Assembly: GCF_021869535.1 (NCBI RefSeq)
Contig: NW_026262734.1
Span: 24,118,001-24,182,000, forward strand
From: Mytilus californianus
Taxonomy: Eukaryota
DNA length: 64,000 nucleotides
Reading direction: 5' to 3'
The translations under genes were made by a program, and so were the position numbers. Under the pieces are notes generated by a model. It saw only the letters and a program-made list of their open reading frames with translations. It did no database searches and was not told where the DNA came from. Of this stretch, positions 41,501 through 50,965 are shown piece by piece. Positions within the stretch are counted from its first letter, which is position 1; the number at the start of each line of letters is the position of its first letter.

Positions 41501-44500
41501 ATTAGAAGCCATTTGAAATTATTAAGGAACAGAATGTCTCACTTGTATCTTGTGGTACCATTTTTTTCCATATTTTAATATACTGTGGATTCATTTATAT
41601 TCCTGGGTATCAGTTTTCGTGGAATGAGGTACACTTGCGTTTTCGTGGATATTTAATTTCGTGGTTTTGGCAATTACTGCATACATTGCCTATAGAAAAT
41701 TTGTAATTTGTTGAACATTTGAATTCATGGTTCACCTGTACCCACGAAACCCACAAAAATTGGTATCCCACGAATAATAATGAATCTACAGTAGGTTTCA
41801 GGAGATTATATTTCTAGTAAACAAACAGATTACCGGTATATTTTTTCTGCAAAAAAGGAAATAGATGTGGAGCAGGTAATTAAAATTCCTAAGTTAAAGG
41901 GAAACATTTATTTCAGTATGTTAGATATCAGATAAAGATACTAAATTGAGTTATTTACTTTATATTTCGGAACATCATTGAATACCAGTTGCTGCAACAG
42001 AGATCATATGAAAGTTTTAATATTTTGCACTAAATTCAACATTGGAGTATAAGATTGTGCAATAGAGATGTGACAAGCTTGGGGGTATAAGACTTTTGGA
42101 TTCTTTCTAAATCTAAGTTTAGGTTAAAACATTGAATGTTAATAGCTGTTTGCATTGCAGTTGTGTGAATGTTTTGTTATTTTTTTCTCATCTCACATTT
42201 ATTTAAGAACATTGGATATCAGCTGTTGTCATAGAGATGTAACTGGAGTAGGCATGAAGGCTTTGGGGTTCTGTTCTAATCTTACATCATTAGACATTAG
42301 TTATCTTTACAAGGTAAGTATATCATATATATACCAAATTTTGTCACTGTATATGTCACATGAAGTTTTTTTATCATGGCTGACCAAGATTTATCATCAG
42401 TTACTGTAAACCAACTTATTTTCGTGAGCTATTTATTTTTCGCGTCTTACGCGAGTAGAAAATAACGTGAATATAAATCGTCACAAAGGACAAGGTACGA
42501 TAAGCCACCGTTTTGGCCCCCACCCCTATTTTCTTATTTTTCAAATTTTTTTTTGGAAAGCTACTTATCATGTCAAAATATTCCCTGAGGTTTGAAGTTT
42601 GTTTGGATGAACTTCAAAACCATTAATTTCAGCAACTGGGTGAGGTGAGGGGGTAAACTTTCCGTTATTATTCAGATACTGTAATTATTATTCACTTAGG
42701 AGGTGTTCCGTACAACGATTTTTTAGTATTTAAATGCCTGCGCCAACGTCACCCAGGAATTTTTTTATTACAATGTCATTATGACTGTTTTTGCTGTCTA
42801 GATTGCCATAATTTTCTCCGGGTCATGTAGGTGCACGCTATTAAATTTTTAGAAACACAGGCCAAAAATCGTAATTTTTCCTACTTTTGGTGTTTTTGAT
42901 GCCCTTTCACCCCCCTCACCTCACCTAGTTGCTGAAATTAATGGTTTTGAAGTTCATCCAAACAAACTTCAAACCTAAGGAAATATTTCCACATAATAAG
43001 TAGCTTTCCAAAACAAAATTTGAAAAATGAGAAAATAGGGGGTCCAAAACGGGGGCTTATCGTACCTTGTCCTTTGTAAAACTTGGATCTTTCCTCATTT
43101 AACTACATCAAGCAAATTTGAAAATCACAAATTAAAATCGCCGCAAAATGGGATAGTAAGGGCCAAACGCGAAATAATGTATCCGCAAAAATAAGTTGGT
43201 TAACAGTATTGTTTGATATGATATATATATATATATATAACTCACTGTTGTACAGACTGAGGGTAATGTGTTTAATGTACATTAAGATTTGATTAACGAA
43301 TATAGTTAGATATAGGTTTTATGATGAAAGTTGATTAAAATAAGAGAGTTAACGTTGCATGTACTAATTTGAACATAAGGAGATTCAACAACTAAAATAG
43401 TCTTTTATTCAAAAGCAATACAGCTTTTAGAACTTATTTTACAAATATAATTAGAAATACCTTAAAAGGATCACTGGAGTTACCAAAAATATTGGTCAGT
43501 ACTTCAGACCACATCAACACCGGACTCCTTTTAAAAAATAAGAAATACAACAAAAAATTACAAACAACAATGAACAATTTGGTCTCTTGCGGAGAGTTGT
43601 CTCATTGGTAATCATACCACATCTTCTTTTTTTTATAACACATGGTCCAGATAGTTTGACTTTGTACTATTTTCCAGTATGTTCATTTTGACCAGGCCCA
43701 GTTTGATGGTTTTACATCTTACAAAGTTTATTCAAATTATTTTGTAAAGGATTCCACTCAAACTGGTGCTAGGGACAGTCTTAAACTTGCAGTGAAATGA
43801 GAGTATTTTTGCTCCTTGTTGAAGGCCTCTCTGTGACTTTGAGATGAAAAACAGCAATAAAAGTGCTGTTCTTTTGATTTTTGTGTGCTTTTTGCTGTGC
43901 ATGTACTGATTTTGTGTCATGGATGTATACCCCATATCCTTTGTTTTTCTATTAAACTAAGTCTTCAATACTTTTAATTTCCATCAATATCTAAATTTCT
44001 CTTCATGATAAATATTACTGTTTGTCTTGTAGGTAGATGATGAAAGTATACAAGTTTTATCTAGAAATGGTAGACTGAAATCTCTGACTGCCCGTGCCTG
44101 TTCTGGGCTGACAGACAGTGGTAAGTATCGAAGTTATGCAACAATAAAGTATTTGAATTTAAATTTGAATGGTAATTTCATTGATGTTTTATTAAAGATT
44201 TCTGAGATATGGAATGAAACACAAAAAAAAACAATAATTAGAAGTATCGAAATATTATTGATATTTCTAGTTTTGACCTGCATTCACCTACATATTTGTT
44301 TTGGTCTTTTGTTAAAAAGTTGTTATAATCAAACCACATCTCTTTATTTTTAATGCTGATAAACCAAATGTAAACACTGTGCATGGTATAGATTGATGGA
44401 TGAAGAAGGGTAAACTAATATGACCTTGCCACATTCCAGGCAAAGCATCAATTGAATGGAATGTTTTATTTCACTCGTCATTCAATTGAAACACTGCGTA

Positions 44501-47500
44501 TAATGGAGGAATACCATTATTCTTGGTAATTGATTACTATTGAAATATTCACAAAAAAAATAGCTCAGGCAGACGCAATTATTGCTGTTGATTTGTTGTA
44601 TTGAGAGTCTAAACCAATACATTACATAGTATAATATGATTAAATGCCATTGTATAATTACACACTTGCTTGGCAGAATAAATTAACATCTCACAAACTA
44701 TGGTATTGGTTTTTCTCCTTGTTGAAGGTCGTACGATGCACTATAATTGTGTACTACCACTTCATTTTAGCTCTGGTGGATAGTTGTCTCATTGGCAATC
44801 ATACCAATTCCTCTCAGTTTTATGTGTGTTATATTTTTCAGCATTTGAAGATCTTGCATGCCTTTGTCCTAACTTGGAGTCCTTGGATGTTAGTGGGTGT
44901 CTGGACATAACTAATCATACAGTCACTTCTTTTCTCCAGTCACCAGTTTCTGATCAGGAGAGGAAATTAATGCTTTGTATTGGAGGTAAGTCCAATTCAA
45001 TAGATAATGTGAAACTTGAATGAATTTAAACGATGATCAGGAAATGATAAAGAATGCAAACCTTCATCATCATGCTTCAATTCAACTGTTTGTATATCCT
45101 GAAACACTTATCCTGTATAAAAATAAGAAGATTTGGTACGATTGCCAATGAGACAAGTTTATTTATGCAATAAATCCTTGTATTTGGAATATTATTTGAA
45201 TGTTTATCTTAAAGGGGCATTAGCTAGGATTTAGACAAAAATTTAAAATATAATTTGTTTTTGTTTCAAGTATTAGTGATAGCGGAATTTTGAAATAATA
45301 TTTCGTTATAGGCAGTCAGTTTGGTCCAAATTTATCAAATTAAGCTAAAAAAGATTGCTGATGTATTATTGACTTCCAAGACAATAATTTGACCTCTTTG
45401 AATCTGTATTCATGTAATGTTCAATTTAACCCCTTAGCTGGAGATGGGTTACCCATGTTCTAGGCGTGTTCAGCTATTTAAAGGAAAAGCATATCAACAT
45501 CAAAAGTGAAACAAGGATCACTTCATTTGAACTTTGGTGGATAGTTGTCTCATTGGCAATCATACCACATCTCCTTATTTTTATATGAACCATTTGGTTG
45601 ACTGATTCGATCCAAGAAAAATTATTCTTATGCAGATAAAAATGATGATTAACTTGTTTTTCAACCTTTAACGTGAAATCAAACAGATTTAGAAAAATCC
45701 AATTGCATGTTCTCACCATCTATTTATATTCCTATTTATGTTTATATCGGGTTATATGACCGTCTGAGGTCATCTCGATGGTTAATTAGATGATGTCTAG
45801 ATAAAATTACACACAAAATGCTGATACATATTATGGTCCATGCATTGTTTATTGTTTATTTTAGACTTTTTTGTAATTTGGATATACGTTTTAGTATGTT
45901 ATAAATCAAATATAAGAATTTAAGTCAAATTGTGAAAATGAATTTGACAGCTAATGCCCCTTAAAGGATAATCTGAAAGAGAGGGAAAGATACCAAAGGG
46001 ATATTCAAACTCACTCGAAAACAAACTGACAATTTCATGGCAAAAAACAAAAAAAAACCAAAAGACAAACAGCAGTATACAAAACACAACATAGAAAACA
46101 AAAGACTGAGCAACACAAATCCTACCAAAAACCCAGGGAAAGTTTATATTTAAAGCAAACATACTAATAATTATCATCTATTTGTAGGTACAAGTGTTGT
46201 AGAAGAGGATCTTGATTTGAATCATTCATATATAACATTCTGTGTTCATGACTTATCTCAGAACTACCTCAGAGCTGATACAGGAATTATTCTTCCTGAT
46301 CCAGGTAAGGATTGTTTTTCTACATGACTTATCCTGGAAGAACCTCTCAGCTTATAGAGGAATATTTTTTTTCTGAAGTAGGTAAAACTTGTATTTCTTC
46401 TTGTTATATAAATGAATAATCTCTGAACTGATAGAGGAAATATTAGTCCCCTACCGACGAAGTCGAAGGGGACTTTAGGTTTACACTCCGTCCGTCTGTC
46501 TGTCTGTCTGTCCATTCGTCAGTCCGGCAAATCAGTTTTCCAAACTTTTTTTCTTCGTGCTTGAAGATATTGATTTGATATTTGGTGTATTGTTTTATCA
46601 TGACAAGTTACAGATCAAGTTCGAATTTTGTTACGGCCTGATGATTTTGTGCAGAGTTATGGTCCTTGGACTTAGAAAATTCACTCAAATAATCAGTTTT
46701 CCTCACTTTTTTTCGTCATGCTTGAAGATATTGATTTGATAATTGGTATATAGTTTTATCATGACAAGTTACATATATATCAAGTTCGAATTTTGTTTTG
46801 GTCTGATGATTTTGTGCAGAGTAATGGTCCTTGGACTTAGAAAATTCACTTAAATAATCAGTTTTCCACACTTTTTTCATCATGCTTGAAGATATTGACT
46901 TGATATTTGTTATACAGTTTACACCATGACAAGTTATAGATCAAATTAGCATTTTGTTCCAGTACAATGAATTTTTAACTGGTAGGGGACTATGTATTGC
47001 CATGCAATACTCTCAGAATGCTTCTTTCTGAAGAAGGTAAGACTTGAATTTCTTTATGATCTATCTTGGAATAACCTCTATGCTGGTAAAGAAATTATTC
47101 TTTCTGAACAAGGTAAGGCTTGTATTTCTCCATTAGTCAATACCTATCTAGGAATCTCCTAAGATGCTAGAGCTGATAGAGAAATTACCAATATTCTTCC
47201 TAAACAAGGTTAGACTTGTATTTTCCCATGATCTATCCAGGAATAACCTCACAGCTGATAAAGGAATTATTTTTCTTGAACAAGGTTAGATTTGTACTTC
47301 TCAATGATCTATCCAGGAATTAACCTCACAGCTGAAAGAGGAATTATCCTTCCTTTACCATGTAACACTTGAATGTGTTGTCCGTGCACATTTTATTTAT
47401 CTTTGTGTTTAAAGGTGCTGTCTTTTGTCTCCTCACTCTTATATTTTACTGTATGCAGATTTGTATTCTATTTCATTTTGTAGAAGTAGGGAAAGTATTT

Positions 47501-47745
47501 AGATTAGAATTGGTTACACAAAATGATTTTTTAAACTTTATTTCACAGAGCCAGATACAGACTCAGAAGATGATGACAACAGTGAAACTAAACCAGTATC
47601 TGTATCAGTGGTTGCTGCTGGTGCTGAAATGGGCAATGATATGGACAATGGATGGGAGGAGTCAGAATATAACATGTACTATAATGATGATGATCTTCTG
47701 TATGGAGATGATCCCTTAGAAATGGAACGGTTTGAGTTTTCATGA
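17505..47745 (+). CDS. RRM + F-box + leucine-rich-repeat protein with acidic C-terminal tail (643 aa); architecture like C. elegans 'putative RNA-binding protein EEED8.10'
   Basis: 19 phase-consistent GT-AG exons: 17505-17600, 19083-19177, 20173-20256, 21751-21829, 22295-22550, 23547-23660, 24411-24508, 25467-25507, 27136-27211, 28162-28218, 29572-29682, 30287-30335, 40789-40832, 41369-41448, 42208-42313, 44033-44120, 44842-44985, 46188-46304, 47549-47745 (1932 nt incl. TGA). RNP2 KIFVGNI, RNP1 KGIAFVTF, F-box INKLCDDTLILIMSMLPWRQRMCLERVCKRW, AMN1/FBXL-type LRRs (CPNLEVVDLSG, CKQLRELSISNC, CPNLESLDVSGC). The start ATG follows an acceptor at 17500, so an upstream exon exists. The EEED8.10 resemblance is from memory, not a search. 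Confidence 0.92.
18594..18901. repeat. 51-bp minisatellite, about 6 copies, in intron 1 of the RRM/F-box gene
   Basis: GTCAAGAGTTAG recurs at 18639, 18690, 18741, 18792, 18843; partial GTCAAGAG at 18894. Confidence 0.95.
19710..19832. repeat. About 29-bp minisatellite, about 4 degenerate copies
   Basis: gagaatgaattttcttatgtga(a/g)tagagt units. Confidence 0.75.
22968..23030. repeat. 23-bp tandem repeat, about 3 copies
   Basis: aaaaaacataagaacaaaataac repeated. Confidence 0.8.
24695..25167. mobile_element. TIR element carrying an internal 45-bp tandem array
   Basis: AGGACATTTTAGCG (24701-24714) is mirrored by CGCTAAAATGTCCT (25147-25160). Between them lie about 7.7 copies of AAATCCTCCTCTAAAATGGGCTATCGAGCATACATGTGAACAGAT (approx. 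24760-25107). Confidence 0.75.
25778..26829. mobile_element. Non-autonomous hAT-like DNA transposon (1052 bp)
   Basis: TIRs CAGGGCTTCCAAAA / TTTTGGAAGCCTTG; perfect 8-bp TSD GTAAAATA at 25770-25777 and 26830-26837; no transposase ORF. Confidence 0.85.
30698..31092 (-). CDS. C1q-domain-containing protein, terminal exon carrying the whole globular C1q domain; nested antisense in intron 12 of the RRM/F-box/LRR gene; 5' exon(s) not identified
   Basis: Acceptor ttttttag at 31094/31093 (phase 1), then SHEMVGFLAK...YDIVVTNTGSGYNPSKGHFVAPYEGLYFFSWT...SVVLQLAANDKVY...STFTGFKI-stop. The F.AP..GLY.F and terminal F.GF motifs are typical of gC1q. Confidence 0.9.
32399..32660 (+). mobile_element. tRNA-derived SINE (V-domain type, resembling molluscan RUDI), full length with 13-bp TSD
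   Basis: A box TGGCCGAGTGG, B box GAGTTCGAACCC, central GGTTTTCTCCGAGCACTCCGGCTTCC, (AAAAATC)n-like tail. TSD TCATGGACACCAA at 32386-32398 and 32661-32673. Confidence 0.85.
33622..33760 (-). mobile_element. 3' fragment of the same SINE family
   Basis: gattgattgattgttggtgtttaacgc...ggagtgcccaaggaaccaccaacctt...aggaaaac resembles the reverse complement of the body and tail of the 32399-32660 SINE. Confidence 0.6.
35870..36830 (+). mobile_element. Helentron/HINE (DINE-1/pearl-like) non-autonomous element with internal 160-bp tandem repeats; possibly composite
   Basis: T-run then ATGCCCG, a (GTCC)n microsatellite, about 3.6 units of 160 bp (starts near 35948, 36108, 36269, 36429), and a 3' GCGGGCGTAT inverted match plus short stem-loop (GCTGCACTCAGC). 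Confidence 0.7.
37360..37725. repeat. Dispersed repeat, copy 2 (copy 1 at approx. 13445-13803)
   Basis: Direct sequence match to 13445-13803. Confidence 0.8.
38864..39215. mobile_element. Foldback element with a 139-bp hairpin
   Basis: GTTATATGGTTCGCTACTGACCCCCTACGGATCCATAGAGGG (from 38864) pairs with CCCTCTATGGTCTGTAGGGGGTCAGTAGTGAACCGTATAAC (to 39002); a third partial arm lies near 39125-39155. Confidence 0.65.
40088..40215 (-). mobile_element. 5' (tRNA-head) fragment of the same SINE family, degenerate
   Basis: attaattaagattggagtt...ctcacaacctca.gagtgttgacaggctagtgat...ttaaaccacttgg resembles the reverse complement of the head of the 32399 SINE. Confidence 0.55.
41581..41793. mobile_element. 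Short TA-flanked MITE (TACTGTGGATTCATT / AATGAATCTACAGTA)
   Basis: TIRs visible; degenerate copies near 1884-2052, 2425-2480 and 17900-17990. Confidence 0.75.
42402..43208. mobile_element. TA-flanked MITE (TACTGTAAACCAACTTATTTT / AAAATAAGTTGGTTAACAGTA) interrupted by a second MITE
   Basis: Terminal inverted repeats read directly; the inner element occupies 42484-43076. Confidence 0.75.
42484..43076. mobile_element. MITE with approx. 175-bp TIRs nested in the 42402-43208 element
   Basis: CAAAGGACAAGGTACGATAAGCC... / ...GGCTTATCGTACCTTGTCCTTTG; the long arms are near-perfectly complementary. Confidence 0.8.
45209..45964. mobile_element. TTAA-flanked MITE (Kolobok-like) with a nested repeat insertion
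   Basis: TTAAAGGGGCATTAGCT / AGCTAATGCCCCTTAA; a copy of the common interspersed repeat sits at approx. 45516-45590. Confidence 0.65.
46443..47024 (+). mobile_element. Helentron/HINE-like element with internal approx. 165-bp tandem repeats
   Basis: 5' TAGTCCCCTACC with inverted copy GGTAGGGGACTA at 46981-46992, (GTCT)n microsatellite, about 2.7 tandem units, terminal hairpin GTATTGC-CAT-GCAATAC (46994-47010). Confidence 0.8.
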
Positions 47746-50700
47746 ATGGAGATGAAATGGTTCGAGATTTCATGAATGGAGTTTGTGGCCAAAAAACACA
47801 AATGGAATAATTGCATCCAGACAAGATGCTAGAATGGACTCCAAAAGATTAAGTGAAAATTGAAGACAGTATATTTCTTAAATCAAAATTTAATGCAGTT
47901 TCTGTAGATATTTCATCTGTAATTGAAATTTGAAATCAATTTATGTAAGACAGTATGTAGAAACCAGTGAGTTCGACAGATAGTAAAATCATGTATGTAC
48001 CATATAGTCACAACTACTGGTGAAGAATTCAGAGCTATTTAAAATATTATCAAAATGACTGCAGCACTGGTTAAAATTCCACAACAGGGAAACTGTGTCA
48101 TCATCAATACATAATCATTAAACCTTGAAAATGAGAGAGTTGTAGTTAATATCTGAAGATCTTTTGAATCTCTTCAAATAAATATGCAGACAAGTTAGCT
48201 GAAATTTCAAGTCTCATGTCCAAGTCTGAAGAGTACCAATGTCTGTGCATGTTAAAGAACCGTTGCAACAACTGAGATTGATGGAAACTCATTCAAAGCC
48301 AAATTTATTATCAGACCTAACATGTCCTCATCCTTTTACTGCACTTCAAATTTCCCTTTCTTCAAGCTTTTATTCTCCTTTATAGAACATTTATTGTATA
48401 ATTATTTAAGATTCCAATAGTCCATTAAATACTGGTCATTGGACATTATGCATCATGCACAGTCATTTGCTTGCCAACCTTTACAAAACACAAAGCCTAG
48501 TAAAAAATTTAATTATTTGATCAAAACCGATTTGCTTTGTTTTAACTATATAACTGGAAAATGAAAGAGGTCATGGTCATTTGAAAATTGTTCACAAATT
48601 CACATTATTCTGTGAATGTCATAGCTGATCAGATGTTGGAAATACTGGAATTCAGAAATAAATTTGATGTGTGAGCCAAGGATGAACGTCCCAACCATTA
48701 AACCAATTAATGGTCCAACTGCAACAGATTTAGGGACAAGAAAAAATAAAAACTAGATTTTCTAAACTGGTTTATTTCAGGATTAAAATTGTACAAAGAA
48801 TCAAAAATGATTTAACAAATAAATATAAATATGTAACAAAAGCTTCTAAAGTTAAATCTAATCAACTTATATTCCCCATCCCCTCAAACTCATGGTTGCT
48901 ATTGTGACCATATTAAATTAACCTTTTTTAAGTTTTAATTGGAATTATTTCAATAGCTTAGAATGTTTTGACACTTGCAATAGTGTTGAGCTATCGAAAA
49001 ATAAAACTTCTGGCATGATATTCTATGATCCATCAATTAATAATCAATTAACATAAAAATAGTTCTAATTTCTGTTTCAAGATGTATGCCTCTCTTTAAA
49101 ATCTTTTAAGTAGTACATGTATACAGACTTTTCTTACTAACTAGCTAGTACGTCCTTATACAACTAAGGCATTGATATCTAGATTCCCCCAAAAAAGTCA
49201 AAAATTAATTTAATTTGGTCCAAATAAGTTTTATCACATTCATTCTCCTATCACCAGGACAAAGACAAAAGAAAGACATAAAAAATAAAGACATAGTTAA
49301 TATAAAAAGCAAAGTTTTATATAGATAGAGGTATACAAAATAGCATGTTTCAATTATTCAAGGACACTTGCAGGGGGTATTCATGTTGTAAATATTTTGC
49401 AAGTACTTTTTTAATTGGCCTTTAATAATTAAGAAATTTGTTAATATTCTACACCATGGTTTTATAACAGTAACTTCTCTTTAATGTACAATACTTGCTA
49501 CAAGTCATGCTGGCTGTTATATTTAAGAATTTTGCAACAAATTCTTCCAACATCTGCCAAAATAACTTGATTTTTAAAAGAAATAAACAGAAAATATTAA
49601 GAGGTTTGTGTTATTGTTGCAAAATACCAGAAAATACATATTCTTTGTTTTCCTTGATATAAGCAATCAAATTTTTAGCATAGCTTGCATCACTCAATTT
49701 GTATAGGTTTGGATAAAATATCTTGTTTAACATTAAAAATAAAGGAGAATTTAAGAGTGAAAAAAAGTAATATTTATTTGTTTATAAAAATGGCACTACA
49801 AAATATGAAACTTTTTAAAGCTTTTTGAGACGAAAAATAAAATGTTTCGAAAAATGTAAAGATAATGAGGACATTGTTCCATGTAATTATGTGATATACT
49901 TAATATCGAAAATCACAATTATCAAACAATAAAAACTCCAGGTGAGTTTGTCCCCAGATTTTATCTCTACCTTTGTACAATAAATATCATAAAGCAATGA
50001 AACTGTTCACTGAGAGGGTGTACACTCTCAAAATTTATCTCTTGTGTATTATAAATATAAACTGTGAAGATCTAACACTCACTAAGTGATTCCAAACTGT
50101 GAAAAGACTGTGACATTACACTTCTCTTCAATGTCAAGTAAATTATGCATGAACAAACGAAGGTTACATAAGAATAAATAAAAAATATAATCTACAAGCC
50201 AGCTGGATGCCTTCACAGAAATTGAGGCTACATGCACAATATATAATGCACATACAGGGTTAATAGATACATGGTTAAAAGTTGTACAAAGTAGAACTCA
50301 TTATAAAATAAAGATGTATGTGAAGAAAACAAAAACTGTTGTATATAAAAATATATGCTTGTATTTTATTTCCTTATTTCTATATAAAGTCAAACCTAAG
50401 TATCTGTAATGTTAAAGTTGTTTAAGTTACTTAAATGTATGAACAAAAAATCTTAGATATGAGTGTGATCACAACTCTGGTCATGACCATGTTTTAACAT
50501 AAAACATTGTCAAATATTTCATCATTCCTGTTCTCAAATTATTTTTTTTCACATGCAGAAAATCTAAAAAGAAGAAAAAATTACAAAAATTTGAACTTTT
50601 TTGTATATGAGGTTTTTTTTTGTTATAAGTGCATTTACCCTCCATAGTTTCAAAACTTGGCAAATTTTAATACAGATGTATGGTGGCAGTAAGCTGCAGA

Positions 50701-50965
50701 ACCTTAAGACTTATGGTTCTTAACAGTTTTTTGACAATTTTGTGGATCTAGGGTCCGCAAATTGTCAAAAAAATCACAAGGTTCATAAGAGCTATGGTTC
50801 TGCAGCTATGTTGCAGAATGAAACAGCACTTAACGATAATAATGTCTTAAAACTTGCACAGCAATTTTCAAAAGGTAATATCTCAACTATAGTAACAGAA
50901 TAATATACTTTGCATTACATGTAGTAAATTTGCTAGTTTCTAATTTCTATAGGCAGTTATTATTG

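Noticed and set aside
47369-47824. ORFs 47369-47719 (+) and 47588-47824 (-)
   Set aside because: Alternative frame and antisense of the real terminal exon 47549-47745.
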